Shown here piece after piece: positions 47,874-57,322 of a stretch of DNA of 64,000 nt. How positions within the stretch are numbered: position 1 is the stretch's first letter; the number at the start of each line of letters is the position of its first letter. The DNA comes from Candidatus Bathyarchaeia archaeon. GTDB taxonomy: Archaea > Thermoproteota > Bathyarchaeia > Bathyarchaeales > Bathycorpusculaceae. Under the pieces are notes generated by a model. It ran no database searches. It was not told the DNA's origin and saw only the letters and a program-made list of their open reading frames with translations. The translations under genes and the position numbers were made by a program. The stretch is taken from assembly GCA_038882955.1 (NCBI GenBank), contig JAVZNC010000003.1:127571-191570 (forward strand), read 5' to 3'.

Positions 47874-49481
47874 GTGGAAGAAAAAATAATTGGGCATGGC
47901 ACATGGTACGACAAAATGGCAGCTGAAATAATTAAACGCGAACAAAAACTCGGCAGAAGCCTAAACATGCTCAGAACAGAAATGGGCATAGCGGCTTCTG
48001 GCTTCCCACATATAGGCAACCTAAGCGACGCGGCAAGGTCTTTCGCAGTAACACTAGCGCTCAGAGAACAAGGCTACAACTCCGAGTTAATAGCCTTCGC
48101 GGACGACAAGGATGGACTTAGAAAAGTGCCAGCGGGCATGCCTAAATCCTTAGAAGAACATCTTGGGCGTCCAGTCACGGACATCCCAGACATTTATGGA
48201 TGCCACAAAAGCTACGGCGAACACATGACTCTGCTTCTCCTAGATGCTATGGACAAATGTGGAATAGAATACAAGTTCATGTCTGGAACGGAAGTTTACA
48301 GAAGCGGTTTGTTCAACAAAGAAATTAAAACTGTACTTCTAAACGCGAAAAGAGTCGGCGAAATAGTCAAGGAGGAAGTTGGACAAGAAAAATTCCTTGA
48401 AGCATTGCCATACTTTGCTGTCTGCGAAAACTGCGGACGCATCTACACAACAAAAGCCTACGAATTCTTCCCAAAGGAGAATAAGATTCTCTATGTTTGC
48501 GAAGGAATGGAAGTAAAGGGACGATGGCTTGAGGGATGCGGACACAAAGGCGAAATAGACTATCGCAAGGGCGAAGGAAAGCTAAGCTGGAAAGGCGAGT
48601 TCGCGGTTCGATGGAAAGCACTAGACATTAGATTTGAAGCTTTTGGCAAGGAAGTTGCAGATTCCGTGCGCGTAAACGACCGCATATGCCGAGAAATACT
48701 CGGTTGGGAACCTCCAGCACACGCAAAATATGAGTTATTTCTGGACAAGAGCGGAAAGAGACTCTCAAAATCTGCTGGGGTGGTTTTCACTCCGCAAACA
48801 TGGTTCAAGTATGGCTCGCCACAATCGCTAATGCTGCTTATGCTAAAAAGATTCGTCGGTTCACGCACATTGGACGTGACCGACATACCATCCTACATGA
48901 ACGAAATAGATTATCTAGAGGACTTATACTTCGGAAAGAAAACGCTAACAGACAAGAAGGAGCTCGCCAAACTTCGAGGATTATACGAATACTGCTGGGC
49001 AATGAAACCACCGCAAAAGCCTGAAATAACCGTGCCCTACAACATGCTAACTTTTCTAGCCAAGGTCGCACCTAAAGGACGCGAAGAGGAATTCATAATC
49101 GAAAAGCTTCGAAGCTACGGTTATTTGCAACGCGGACAAGAACCCGACGAGAAACTGAGAAAACGAATTGAATACGCGTTTAACTGGATAAAAGATTTCG
49201 AAGAAATAAAAGAGACAGCAATAACTTTGACCACGGAAGAAAAGGAAGCAATAAAGGAATTAATTGAAACCATAAAAAGCGAAGAAAAAGCCGAAACAAT
49301 ACAAAACGCAATATTCAACATAGCCAAAAAACATGGAATACAACCACCCAACTTCTTCAAAACATTATACACCGTGCTAATCGGCGTACCACAAGGACCA
49401 AGACTAGGACCATACATAACCGCCATGGGAAAACAAAACGTCATAAGCGCACTAGAACGCGCAATAAACGCCAAAAACTAA
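47874..49481 (+). CDS. lysS: Class I lysyl-tRNA synthetase
   Basis: ASGFPHIGN, DDKDGLRKVP, CENCG, RLSKS, GPRLG. Confidence 0.95.
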   Translation: MEEKIIGHGTWYDKMAAEIIKREQKLGRSLNMLRTEMGIAASGFPHIGNLSDAARSFAVTLALREQGYNSELIAFADDKDGLRKVPAGMPKSLEEHLGRPVTDIPDIYGCHKSYGEHMTLLLLDAMDKCGIEYKFMSGTEVYRSGLFNKEIKTVLLNAKRVGEIVKEEVGQEKFLEALPYFAVCENCGRIYTTKAYEFFPKENKILYVCEGMEVKGRWLEGCGHKGEIDYRKGEGKLSWKGEFAVRWKALDIRFEAFGKEVADSVRVNDRICREILGWEPPAHAKYELFLDKSGKRLSKSAGVVFTPQTWFKYGSPQSLMLLMLKRFVGSRTLDVTDIPSYMNEIDYLEDLYFGKKTLTDKKELAKLRGLYEYCWAMKPPQKPEITVPYNMLTFLAKVAPKGREEEFIIEKLRSYGYLQRGQEPDEKLRKRIEYAFNWIKDFEEIKETAITLTTEEKEAIKELIETIKSEEKAETIQNAIFNIAKKHGIQPPNFFKTLYTVLIGVPQGPRLGPYITAMGKQNVISALERAINAKN

Positions 49482-49530
49482 ACCCTTTTATCCACAAAAC
49501 CAGAAAAGGTTTTTAACACACGCACAAAAA

Positions 49531-49641
49531 GGGCCCGTAGTCTAGCATGGATTAGGACGCTGGCCTGCGGAGCCGGAGTCCCATAGTGGGCTTGGTACGG
49601 AAAGCCGGAGATCCTGGGTTCAAATCCCAGCGGGCCCGCCA
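49531..49641 (+). tRNA. tRNA-Arg(GCG) with 32-nt intron (49571-49602), CCA encoded
   Basis: GGGCCCG/CGGGCCC-G-CCA; CTGGC CT GCG G [intron] A GCCGG AGATC CTGGG TTCAAAT CCCAG. Confidence 0.92.
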
Positions 49642-49775
49642 AAAACATTCCGCTTTCAGCAAAAACAGTCTGTTTCGGGCTGTTTTATCAGCTGGCTTGC
49701 GGACGATCTTTAGGTACGTCTTTTGAGGCGAAACGGTTTCACATGGCTGTTTTCTGTTTTTATTAGGGAAACTGG

Positions 49776-50130
49776 ATGTGTGCGGTTTATCGTGAACGGG
49801 TATGGTTGAATTGGCGGCTTATGTTAGCTGTAATAATGGTTGTGTCTTTTTCAACTGTTCTGATAGGGAGAGTATTTTGGAAAGGTCGCTAATGCCGATT
49901 TTGTTCACGTTTTTTATCCTCGATGTGGCTTTCATGTTTATAGCATTAAACTTTCGTAAAGTAGAGATTGAAGTAGACCAAAAATGTGTTAGAGTGAGTT
50001 ATGGAATATTAAAGACAACTATTTCTGCGGTCGAAATAGTTTCTTGTGCGATAGCAGAACAAAGTTACCATTGTATGTGGGCATGGGGTTAAGACTTGGG
50101 CAAGACGACTTGCCCGGCTTTACTGCCGAC
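49776..50130 (+). pseudogene. Degraded small membrane protein gene
   Basis: Pieces in different frames (MCAVYRERV...; FRKVEIEVD...; LYVGMGLRLG) resemble one 2-TM/PH-like protein. Confidence 0.4.
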
Positions 50131-50304
50131 AATGTGGGGAGAAATCACCAGTAAAATGAAGCTAGGGCAACCCCACAATTGTTCTGCAGTATTTTAAAAT
50201 TCTGTTAAGGATTTAAAGTTTACAGCAACGTTTTAGTAGGCTGTTTTACGTTTGTCAGCGTCTGTCTAGTAAATGTTTTAACTTGATGTGTGTTTGTTTT
50301 ATGA

Positions 50305-52221
50305 TTGGTGTGGCTTGTGAGTTCGCCATTGAGCGATGCCATAAAACGTACATGTAACATTCTTAGGAATGGCGCTGAAAGGCAAGTTTTGGATTATGAG
50401 CAACGTTTCTCTTACTTGAAAAATCTTTACTGTGATTTGCTTTCTAATCTTATAAAAGTGGATTTTGATTTTGCCGAAGCCTACAGAACCGCGAAGGAAT
50501 TTTTTGGTTCTTCAACTGTTCAGTTTGCGGGTATAGATGGCACGATGTATTCTAGACCCCTTTTTGACCTTGTTATCTTCTTTGGCGGCGCATACGCCTC
50601 AACTGGTTCAATAACTTTCCAGCAAAATGAGAAACCGCTGGTGCAGTTTAACGAGAAAACTGTTGAGGAGGGCGCTGGAATCTCAAGCGTTGTTCCAGTT
50701 TACGTTAACGAAGTCCCAGAAATCGACCAGACGTTTTTTGATTCTAGGCAACCCGAAGAAATCAGTTCAAGTAAACCCCTAACGGACGAGGCGATAATAA
50801 GTAATGCCACCATTGCAAATTGGATAATGACCTTTGCCGAGTATTATCTTGCCTACAAGTTTGCCACGGATACTGAAAGGAATGTTCGCATAATTCTTTT
50901 GGATAGAAGCCTATCAATCGAGAGAGCAAGCCTCCTATATGATACTTCGAAGCGTGAACTTTGGAAAGCGAAAAGCAGCATAATCGGCTACAAAGTTGAC
51001 GGAGAACCAATAGATATCAACGATTTAGCAATTGCTAGGCATCATGTCTACAATGAGGCTTTGGGGCTGCCCCCGCCAAGGGCAGATTATCTACGCCACG
51101 CGATAATAGAGTTACTTGAGAAGGAAGTAGCACTAACCAAAAAGCAGATTCTAACTGAATTTGGTATAAAGGATGAAAAGCGAATAAAAAGGGTTGAACG
51201 TGCATTAAAAAGCCTCATTGATTATGGAATTTTAAGTGAGAGAAACGCTGTTTACAGTTTGAACCCGAAATATTCGACTACGTGGGAGCGCATAAAGAAG
51301 CTTGTTACAAGTTTGGGAGACCGCTTCTTTTTTGCCGAGAATTCTGAAACTTCAAGCCTCATGAAAATTGTTAAGGATGGAAAGGAGCATTGGCTTACAA
51401 CGCTTGACATAGCCTTCCTAACGCTTTTTACACTGCACATGCTTATGGAGGAATGCTGGAAAAGGCAGATTCTGCTTGTGGGAATAACTAAGGACACCGC
51501 TGCAAGGGACTTCAAGAGGCAGCTAATACCAATAACGCATAATGAGGGACTGCTGAAAAAGACGATTCCGCAGGAAGAGTTTGACAAGCTGCCAAACACA
51601 GACCGCATGATACTTCAATCAGTGAGCATATTCAACCCAGACGAAATCAAGCCGCCTTGGAGCCTAATCGAATACGATTCCGCCTTTAGAACGCTTGTTC
51701 CAGATAGGAAGGGACGTAAGGGCTATGTTTCAGGCGCCATCAAAAACAAGATAGGCTTAGAGAAAACTTTTCTTAAAACTTATGTACAGTTAAGCCAAGC
51801 CAAAACGGATAAACTGCTAAGAAGCAACGTGTTACTTGTTGACCGTTTGGCTTATCCAGAGTATGATTATAAGCCAGAGAATGTTGTTGAGTTTTGGAAC
51901 GAGTTAAGCGACGGGACGAAGGAGCCTGTTGAAGTTATTCTTTTCGTGGATAAGGCTGTTTCAAATCCGCTGCAGAACTTGATTATGGCTGTACTTGTTT
52001 CTATGGCTCCGTCGAGCATTCCAGAGGCTTTTGGGCATAATAAGCCGCTTTTTATTGCTGATAAAGTTGCGAAGTGGAATTATAGCCAATTCAAGTGTAT
52101 AGTTGATACGACTGCTAATTGGATACTCAATAACCATAAATTGAGAAAATTCATATTTTACATGAGCACATTCAGAGAGAGGAGAGCCACAATTGAAGCA
52201 GCAAGAAGAGAACAAATTTAA
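50305..52221 (+). CDS. nurA: NurA-like nuclease with winged-helix insertion
   Basis: FAGIDGT, ILLDRSL, GITKD, TDRMIL, PLFIADKVAK; wHTH-like segment at about 51090-51270. Confidence 0.75.
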   Translation: MVWLVSSPLSDAIKRTCNILRNGAERQVLDYEQRFSYLKNLYCDLLSNLIKVDFDFAEAYRTAKEFFGSSTVQFAGIDGTMYSRPLFDLVIFFGGAYASTGSITFQQNEKPLVQFNEKTVEEGAGISSVVPVYVNEVPEIDQTFFDSRQPEEISSSKPLTDEAIISNATIANWIMTFAEYYLAYKFATDTERNVRIILLDRSLSIERASLLYDTSKRELWKAKSSIIGYKVDGEPIDINDLAIARHHVYNEALGLPPPRADYLRHAIIELLEKEVALTKKQILTEFGIKDEKRIKRVERALKSLIDYGILSERNAVYSLNPKYSTTWERIKKLVTSLGDRFFFAENSETSSLMKIVKDGKEHWLTTLDIAFLTLFTLHMLMEECWKRQILLVGITKDTAARDFKRQLIPITHNEGLLKKTIPQEEFDKLPNTDRMILQSVSIFNPDEIKPPWSLIEYDSAFRTLVPDRKGRKGYVSGAIKNKIGLEKTFLKTYVQLSQAKTDKLLRSNVLLVDRLAYPEYDYKPENVVEFWNELSDGTKEPVEVILFVDKAVSNPLQNLIMAVLVSMAPSSIPEAFGHNKPLFIADKVAKWNYSQFKCIVDTTANWILNNHKLRKFIFYMSTFRERRATIEAARREQI

Positions 52222-54067
52222 CAACTTCTGCTTCACAGATTTTGATGGACGATTCCGCGCTAGGCTAGCCGCCGTGATTCCAAGATACTTCGCAACTGAG
52301 GAAACAAAAATTTCTGGAACAAGCGCAAGGTACCAATGCCGAATAAAAGTTGAATACCAAAAAGATTTGATGGGCTTATTAGAAGAGGGCATGCTTTTAG
52401 CCGTTAAAAACTTTAAGCAGCAAGGCAAAGAACATGAGAGATACACGCTCATGGAGATTAGCCGCATATGGCCAGAACATTTCGGACTGCGCGGGTTGTC
52501 GGATCATGGCTATTATCCTATGCAGTTTGAGATTATAGAGCAATCCGAGGAGGACTGGCTTACAGATGACAAGTCGACGATGATGATTCAGATAGACGCC
52601 ATCCCAATAAACTATGACTTGATTATAGACAAGAACTGCAAGTTTCAGTTTTTTAAGGGCTTCTCCTATCCAGTTGTTGGAAGCCCAACATACATCCTAA
52701 ACGGCGACATGATAAACCGCATGTACAACCAAAAAATTGCTGAGGCTTTCGGCATAGACCCGTCAAAAACTGTGGCTGAAGCGCGAGCAGACCCGAGGCT
52801 TGGCTTAATCAAAATGTTTCAGACAAGCAAGACAGTTATCCCCATATACGTGGATTTCGAAAAACTCGTGCGCTATCACTTCGGCATTTTCGCTTTTACG
52901 GGCGGCGGAAAAAGCAACCTAATGTCTAATATTTTGCGGCGAATTTTGCTCCACACAGAGGACATAAAAGTCGTAATTTTCGACATTAGCTGTGAATACG
53001 TCTTCCTTCTACTTGACCTTCTTGCAGACCCGAACTTCGCGGCGAAGGTTATCATGGAGAACAAGATCGAGTCTGTTGACGTTTTCTTTAACTCGGTTGT
53101 TAAGCCGAAGGATTATGAAAATGATGAGCGAATCAAGGCTGGACTAACGCAGATAATGGAGCAGGGTAAACTCACGTACTATAAGAGACCGAGACAGAAA
53201 ATTCCGACATACAGCGAGTTCCTCGGCGAACTAAGTGAATATAGGCGGAAAGACGCGGACAAACCTAACTACGTTAATGCTATTGACGAGATTCAAGATG
53301 CAGTCTTAACGTACATGGAGGAGCACGGCGCCATCGAAAATCAAGAGGTAAACGAGAAATTTATCGAATACGTCGATGAGGCGGCAAGAGCCAAAGTGGA
53401 AGAGTTCAAAGTTTCAGAGAAAAGTCAACTTTACGCTTGGGCAACAACGCGGAATACGCTTCTTGAACGATTGAGGCGTAGAGAGAAAAGCGAAGAAAAA
53501 ACTAAAGGCGGGTTGACGACGGAGAAAATCCGCGAAATGCTCGAAGACAAGAAGACAAGGCTTCTATGCATATCAATCGCAGACCCATACACGATAAAGG
53601 AGTTGGCGATAAACCTAACAAACGACTTGCTCGTTAAAAGAAAACGCAAGTTCCAGACAAAACCATACGTCCTATTAGTCTTCGACGAGGCGCAAGAGTT
53701 TATCCCAAGCGGAGGCTCGGGAATAGAAGCCAAATGCTCCGCGCATGTGGAAACGCTGCTTAGGCAAGGACGAAAGTATGGGATAGGCGTATGCATAGCA
53801 ACACAGCGCATTGCCTATCTAAACACAAACGCGCTTCAACAACTGCACACGTATTTTGTTGGCACTTTGCCAAGACCATACGACAGAAACCTCGTAAGCG
53901 ACACGTTCATGATAGACAAAAGCATACTGGAGAAAACTCTTGAATTTGCGCCTGGCGAGTGGCTACTTTCAAGCTACATTGCAACGGGAATAGAAAACGT
54001 GCCGATATTCATAAAAGCAGACAATGCAGAAAACGAGATAGAAAAATACCTAAAAGATAACTCTTGA
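52193..54067 (+). CDS. herA: HerA-like ATPase (HAS barrel plus FtsK/HerA domain)
   Basis: HFGIFAFTGGGKSN, VIFDISCEY, VFDEAQEF, RQGRKYG, ATQR. Confidence 0.85.
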   Translation: MKQQEENKFNNFCFTDFDGRFRARLAAVIPRYFATEETKISGTSARYQCRIKVEYQKDLMGLLEEGMLLAVKNFKQQGKEHERYTLMEISRIWPEHFGLRGLSDHGYYPMQFEIIEQSEEDWLTDDKSTMMIQIDAIPINYDLIIDKNCKFQFFKGFSYPVVGSPTYILNGDMINRMYNQKIAEAFGIDPSKTVAEARADPRLGLIKMFQTSKTVIPIYVDFEKLVRYHFGIFAFTGGGKSNLMSNILRRILLHTEDIKVVIFDISCEYVFLLLDLLADPNFAAKVIMENKIESVDVFFNSVVKPKDYENDERIKAGLTQIMEQGKLTYYKRPRQKIPTYSEFLGELSEYRRKDADKPNYVNAIDEIQDAVLTYMEEHGAIENQEVNEKFIEYVDEAARAKVEEFKVSEKSQLYAWATTRNTLLERLRRREKSEEKTKGGLTTEKIREMLEDKKTRLLCISIADPYTIKELAINLTNDLLVKRKRKFQTKPYVLLVFDEAQEFIPSGGSGIEAKCSAHVETLLRQGRKYGIGVCIATQRIAYLNTNALQQLHTYFVGTLPRPYDRNLVSDTFMIDKSILEKTLEFAPGEWLLSSYIATGIENVPIFIKADNAENEIEKYLKDNS

Positions 54068-54088
54068 AATAGTAAAGGAAAATGGATT

Positions 54089-55057
54089 TTAGGCTATTCC
54101 GCATTTTTTGAGTAGTCGTTTCCATCTTTCGTCTGTTATGCGCTGTATCTCGTCAAGCAGCTTTTCGTATTTTGGTGTGAAAAGGTGCCTAAAACGTCCT
54201 TGCACTTGTAGGTATTCTTTTACTGGCTTTTTCTTTTCCGGGTTTTGTGCTAAAACCTTGCTTGGTGTTGAAAGTTGGTATTCGCCGTTTATTGCTTCCC
54301 ACAACGGGAATATGCATGTCTCCACTGCTAAGCGTGAAAGTTCTATCGTTTTGGCTTGGTCGCTTCGCCATCCTCTTGGGCAAGGCGCGAAAACGTGTAG
54401 GAAAGCTGGTCCATTCACTTCTAAGCCTCTTCGCACTTTTGTTATTAGGTCCCGCCAGTAATACGGCGATGCCGTTGCAACATATGGCATTTCGTGAGCC
54501 ACCATAATGTCCGCTATAGGCTTTTTTTGTTCAAGCTTTCCCGGTATGACGGTGCCTGCCGGTGATGTTGTTGTTGACGCACCTAGCGGGGTTCCTCCGC
54601 TTCGTTGTATGCCCGTATTCATGTAAGCCTCGTTGTCATAAAGCACAAAGAGGAAGTCATGTTCCCTTTCAACAGCTCCAGAAAGCGCTTGTATCCCAAT
54701 GTCGTATGTTCCGCCATCCCCTGCGAGCGCAATCACGTCTACATGCTCATATTTTATGCGTCCCTTCTTCTTTAGAATCTTTATTGCAGCGTCGATTCCA
54801 GAAGCGTTTGCAGCTGCGTTTTCGAATGCTGTGTGAAGCCAAGGCAAAGCCCATGAAGTGTATGGGTATATGGATGAAACTACTTCCATGCATCCGGTTG
54901 CGTTTGTCACTATTGTTGGTCCTTTAACGGCTTTCATTATTAGCCTTAGAACTGTTGCTGGTCCGCATCCAGCACATGCTCTGTGCCCAGACATGAAGAG
55001 GTCTGGCTTTTCGGCTATGTCTTTTGCGGTGAATTTCCATTCTGTGAACATTTTCAT
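54089..55057 (-). CDS. porB: Pyruvate/2-oxoacid:ferredoxin oxidoreductase beta subunit
   Basis: GHRACAGCG, GDGGTYDIG, DNEAYMNTG. Confidence 0.92.
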   Translation of the reverse strand: MKMFTEWKFTAKDIAEKPDLFMSGHRACAGCGPATVLRLIMKAVKGPTIVTNATGCMEVVSSIYPYTSWALPWLHTAFENAAANASGIDAAIKILKKKGRIKYEHVDVIALAGDGGTYDIGIQALSGAVEREHDFLFVLYDNEAYMNTGIQRSGGTPLGASTTTSPAGTVIPGKLEQKKPIADIMVAHEMPYVATASPYYWRDLITKVRRGLEVNGPAFLHVFAPCPRGWRSDQAKTIELSRLAVETCIFPLWEAINGEYQLSTPSKVLAQNPEKKKPVKEYLQVQGRFRHLFTPKYEKLLDEIQRITDERWKRLLKKCGIA

Positions 55058-55066
55058 TTTCGCCTC

Positions 55067-56299
55067 CTACTCTCTTAATCCAACATAGTTCACGAGGTTT
55101 TCAACTTGTCCTTTCTCGAGTATTTTCTGTAAGTCTTTGAAGACACCGTGTATCTGCGTCATGTTCGTGTCTCTTCCACCGAGTCCATAAACGTAGTTCA
55201 CTATGTGCGGGCGCTTTCGCGAATCGTAAAGCGCACTGCGAACTTCTTGAAAAACTGGTCCACCGTTTCCTCCAAAACTCATGCTCCTATCCATTACGGC
55301 TATTGCCTTAACATTTTCGAGTGCCTTAGCAACGTCTTTTGCTGGGAAAGGCCTGAAAGTGCGCAGTCTGAGCAGCCCAGCCTTTACGCCCTCTGCTCTA
55401 AGCTCGTCCACGACGCTTTTCACTGTTCCAGCCGTTGAGCCTAGGCAAACTATTCCGATTTCGGCATCTTCAATGAAATACGGCTCGAGCAGCCCATCAC
55501 CGTATTTTCTTCCACTTATCTCCGCATATTCATCATTAACTTGGCTAATTACTCTTAGAGCGTTTTTCATGGCTTCTTCTTGCTGACGTTTAAACTCAAA
55601 ATAGTAGTTTGGTAGGGCTATTGGCCCCATCGTTGTTGGGTTTTCTGGGTCAAGCCTAAAAGGCACAGTTTTTCCTTCATGGTTTATTACCGTTGGGAAC
55701 TGCCTTACGCCTATAAACTTCTTTACAACATCATCTGGGAGTACATGCACGTTTTCCAGCGTGTGGCTTAGAGTGAAGCCGTCTAAGCCGACGATTGCTG
55801 GAAGCAGAACTTCTGGGTTTTCCGCTATTTTGAATGCTTGAATGACGGAGTCGTATGCTTCTTGTGCGTTTTCAACATAAATTTGAATCCATCCGCTGTC
55901 TCTCTGCGCCATCGTGTCAGAGTGGTCGCCATGAATGTTTAAGGGCGCTGATAAGGCTCTGTTGGCGATTGCCATAACAACTGGCGCACGACATCCGGAA
56001 GTCACAAAAAGCATTTCATGCATTAAGGCTAAACCCGCAGATGCAGAAGCAGTAAAGGCTCTTGCGCCAGTAACCGAAGCAGCAAGGCAAGCTGTTAGTG
56101 CGCTGTGTTCGGATTCTGTGCATATGAATTGCGTTTCAACTTCACCGTTTGCAACGTATTCGCTGAATTTTTCCACCATTATTGTTTGTGGCGTTATTGG
56201 ATAGGCGGCAACAACATCCACGTCTGACTGCTTCGCAGCATAAGCCACAGCCTCGTCTCCGTTTAGGGCTAAAACCTCTTGTTTAACAACACTTTTCAT
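55067..56299 (-). CDS. porA: Pyruvate/2-oxoacid:ferredoxin oxidoreductase alpha subunit
   Basis: AYPITPQT, ESEHSA, GLGGRD. Confidence 0.92.
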   Translation of the reverse strand: MKSVVKQEVLALNGDEAVAYAAKQSDVDVVAAYPITPQTIMVEKFSEYVANGEVETQFICTESEHSALTACLAASVTGARAFTASASAGLALMHEMLFVTSGCRAPVVMAIANRALSAPLNIHGDHSDTMAQRDSGWIQIYVENAQEAYDSVIQAFKIAENPEVLLPAIVGLDGFTLSHTLENVHVLPDDVVKKFIGVRQFPTVINHEGKTVPFRLDPENPTTMGPIALPNYYFEFKRQQEEAMKNALRVISQVNDEYAEISGRKYGDGLLEPYFIEDAEIGIVCLGSTAGTVKSVVDELRAEGVKAGLLRLRTFRPFPAKDVAKALENVKAIAVMDRSMSFGGNGGPVFQEVRSALYDSRKRPHIVNYVYGLGGRDTNMTQIHGVFKDLQKILEKGQVENLVNYVGLRE

Positions 56300-56313
56300 G
56301 CTTACACCATCCC

Positions 56314-56592
56314 CTATTCAAGCTTCATCTCTATAGCCTTTGTTGGGCATTCGTTTGCGCATATGCCGCATCCCTTGCAGAAGTTGAAGTTAAACTCTAT
56401 ATCGTTTGCCTCTGGCTTCCAGCGTATTGCACCGTCTGGACAGAATATGACGCAGAGCAAACATCGAGTACACTTTGCCGGGTCCCGTACTGGCTTGTAA
56501 GTTTTCCAATCGCCAGTTAAGAATTGTGTGCTGGATTTCCAGCAGACTCCCGCTGGAGAAATCTCCTTCCAACCTTTCTCTTGCTGTGTCAT
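56314..56592 (-). CDS. porD: Oxidoreductase delta subunit (2x[4Fe-4S])
   Basis: TGDWK, CTRCLLCVIFCP, CKGCGICANECP. Confidence 0.92.
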   Translation of the reverse strand: MTQQEKGWKEISPAGVCWKSSTQFLTGDWKTYKPVRDPAKCTRCLLCVIFCPDGAIRWKPEANDIEFNFNFCKGCGICANECPTKAIEMKLE

Positions 56593-57164
56593 TCTGGTTT
56601 AACCTCCTCATAAGCCTCCTTTATAACGGCAAAATTTTTCTCAGCAACATCCTTTCTGAAACGTTCCCTAACAGTTTTTTCAATACTTTCTAAACTGACT
56701 ATGTCAGTTACACGAGCCACAGCCCCAAGCATCGCCGTGTTCGTTATTGGCATGCCTAAAATTTTTATTGCTATTTCCGTTGCTGGGACAGCCCAAACCT
56801 TGCCCTTGCCGGTTTTGAGGAGTTTCCTAATTTCTGTTGGGCTATCTTTCGAGTTCACAATAACCATGCCTTCTTCGTTTAGCCCGTCGGCAACTGGAAC
56901 AGTCTTCAACAACGTTGGGTCTAAAACTGCCACCACATCTGGATTGTAGATTGCACAGTGAATCTTTATAGGCTCGTTGCTAACCCTTGTGAATGCCGTA
57001 ACTGGAGCACCCATCCTTTCTGGGCCGAACTCTGGGAATGATTGGACGTACTTTCCTTCTAGGATTGCGGCTCTCGCCAATAGTTCACTTGCTGTCCATG
57101 CTCCTTGTCCGCCTCTACCATGCCACCTAATTTCCAGGATTCTTTTCAAAGGTTCATTCCCCAC
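56589..57164 (-). CDS. porG: Oxidoreductase gamma subunit
   Basis: HGRGGQG, FGPERMGAPV, NTAMLGA. Confidence 0.92.
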   Translation of the reverse strand: MGNEPLKRILEIRWHGRGGQGAWTASELLARAAILEGKYVQSFPEFGPERMGAPVTAFTRVSNEPIKIHCAIYNPDVVAVLDPTLLKTVPVADGLNEEGMVIVNSKDSPTEIRKLLKTGKGKVWAVPATEIAIKILGMPITNTAMLGAVARVTDIVSLESIEKTVRERFRKDVAEKNFAVIKEAYEEVKPE

Positions 57165-57322
57165 GAACCTTCAAGCTAATTATAAAATCTAGAATATACA
57201 TCTTTCTAGTCCTTAAATATGAAGCCAAACATAGAATTGAACGAAACCATAATTTTTAAGTAAAGGCGTAATCCAAAACTAAAAGATTAGGGAGACATTG
57301 TAAGTACGGAGAAAACTATGCC

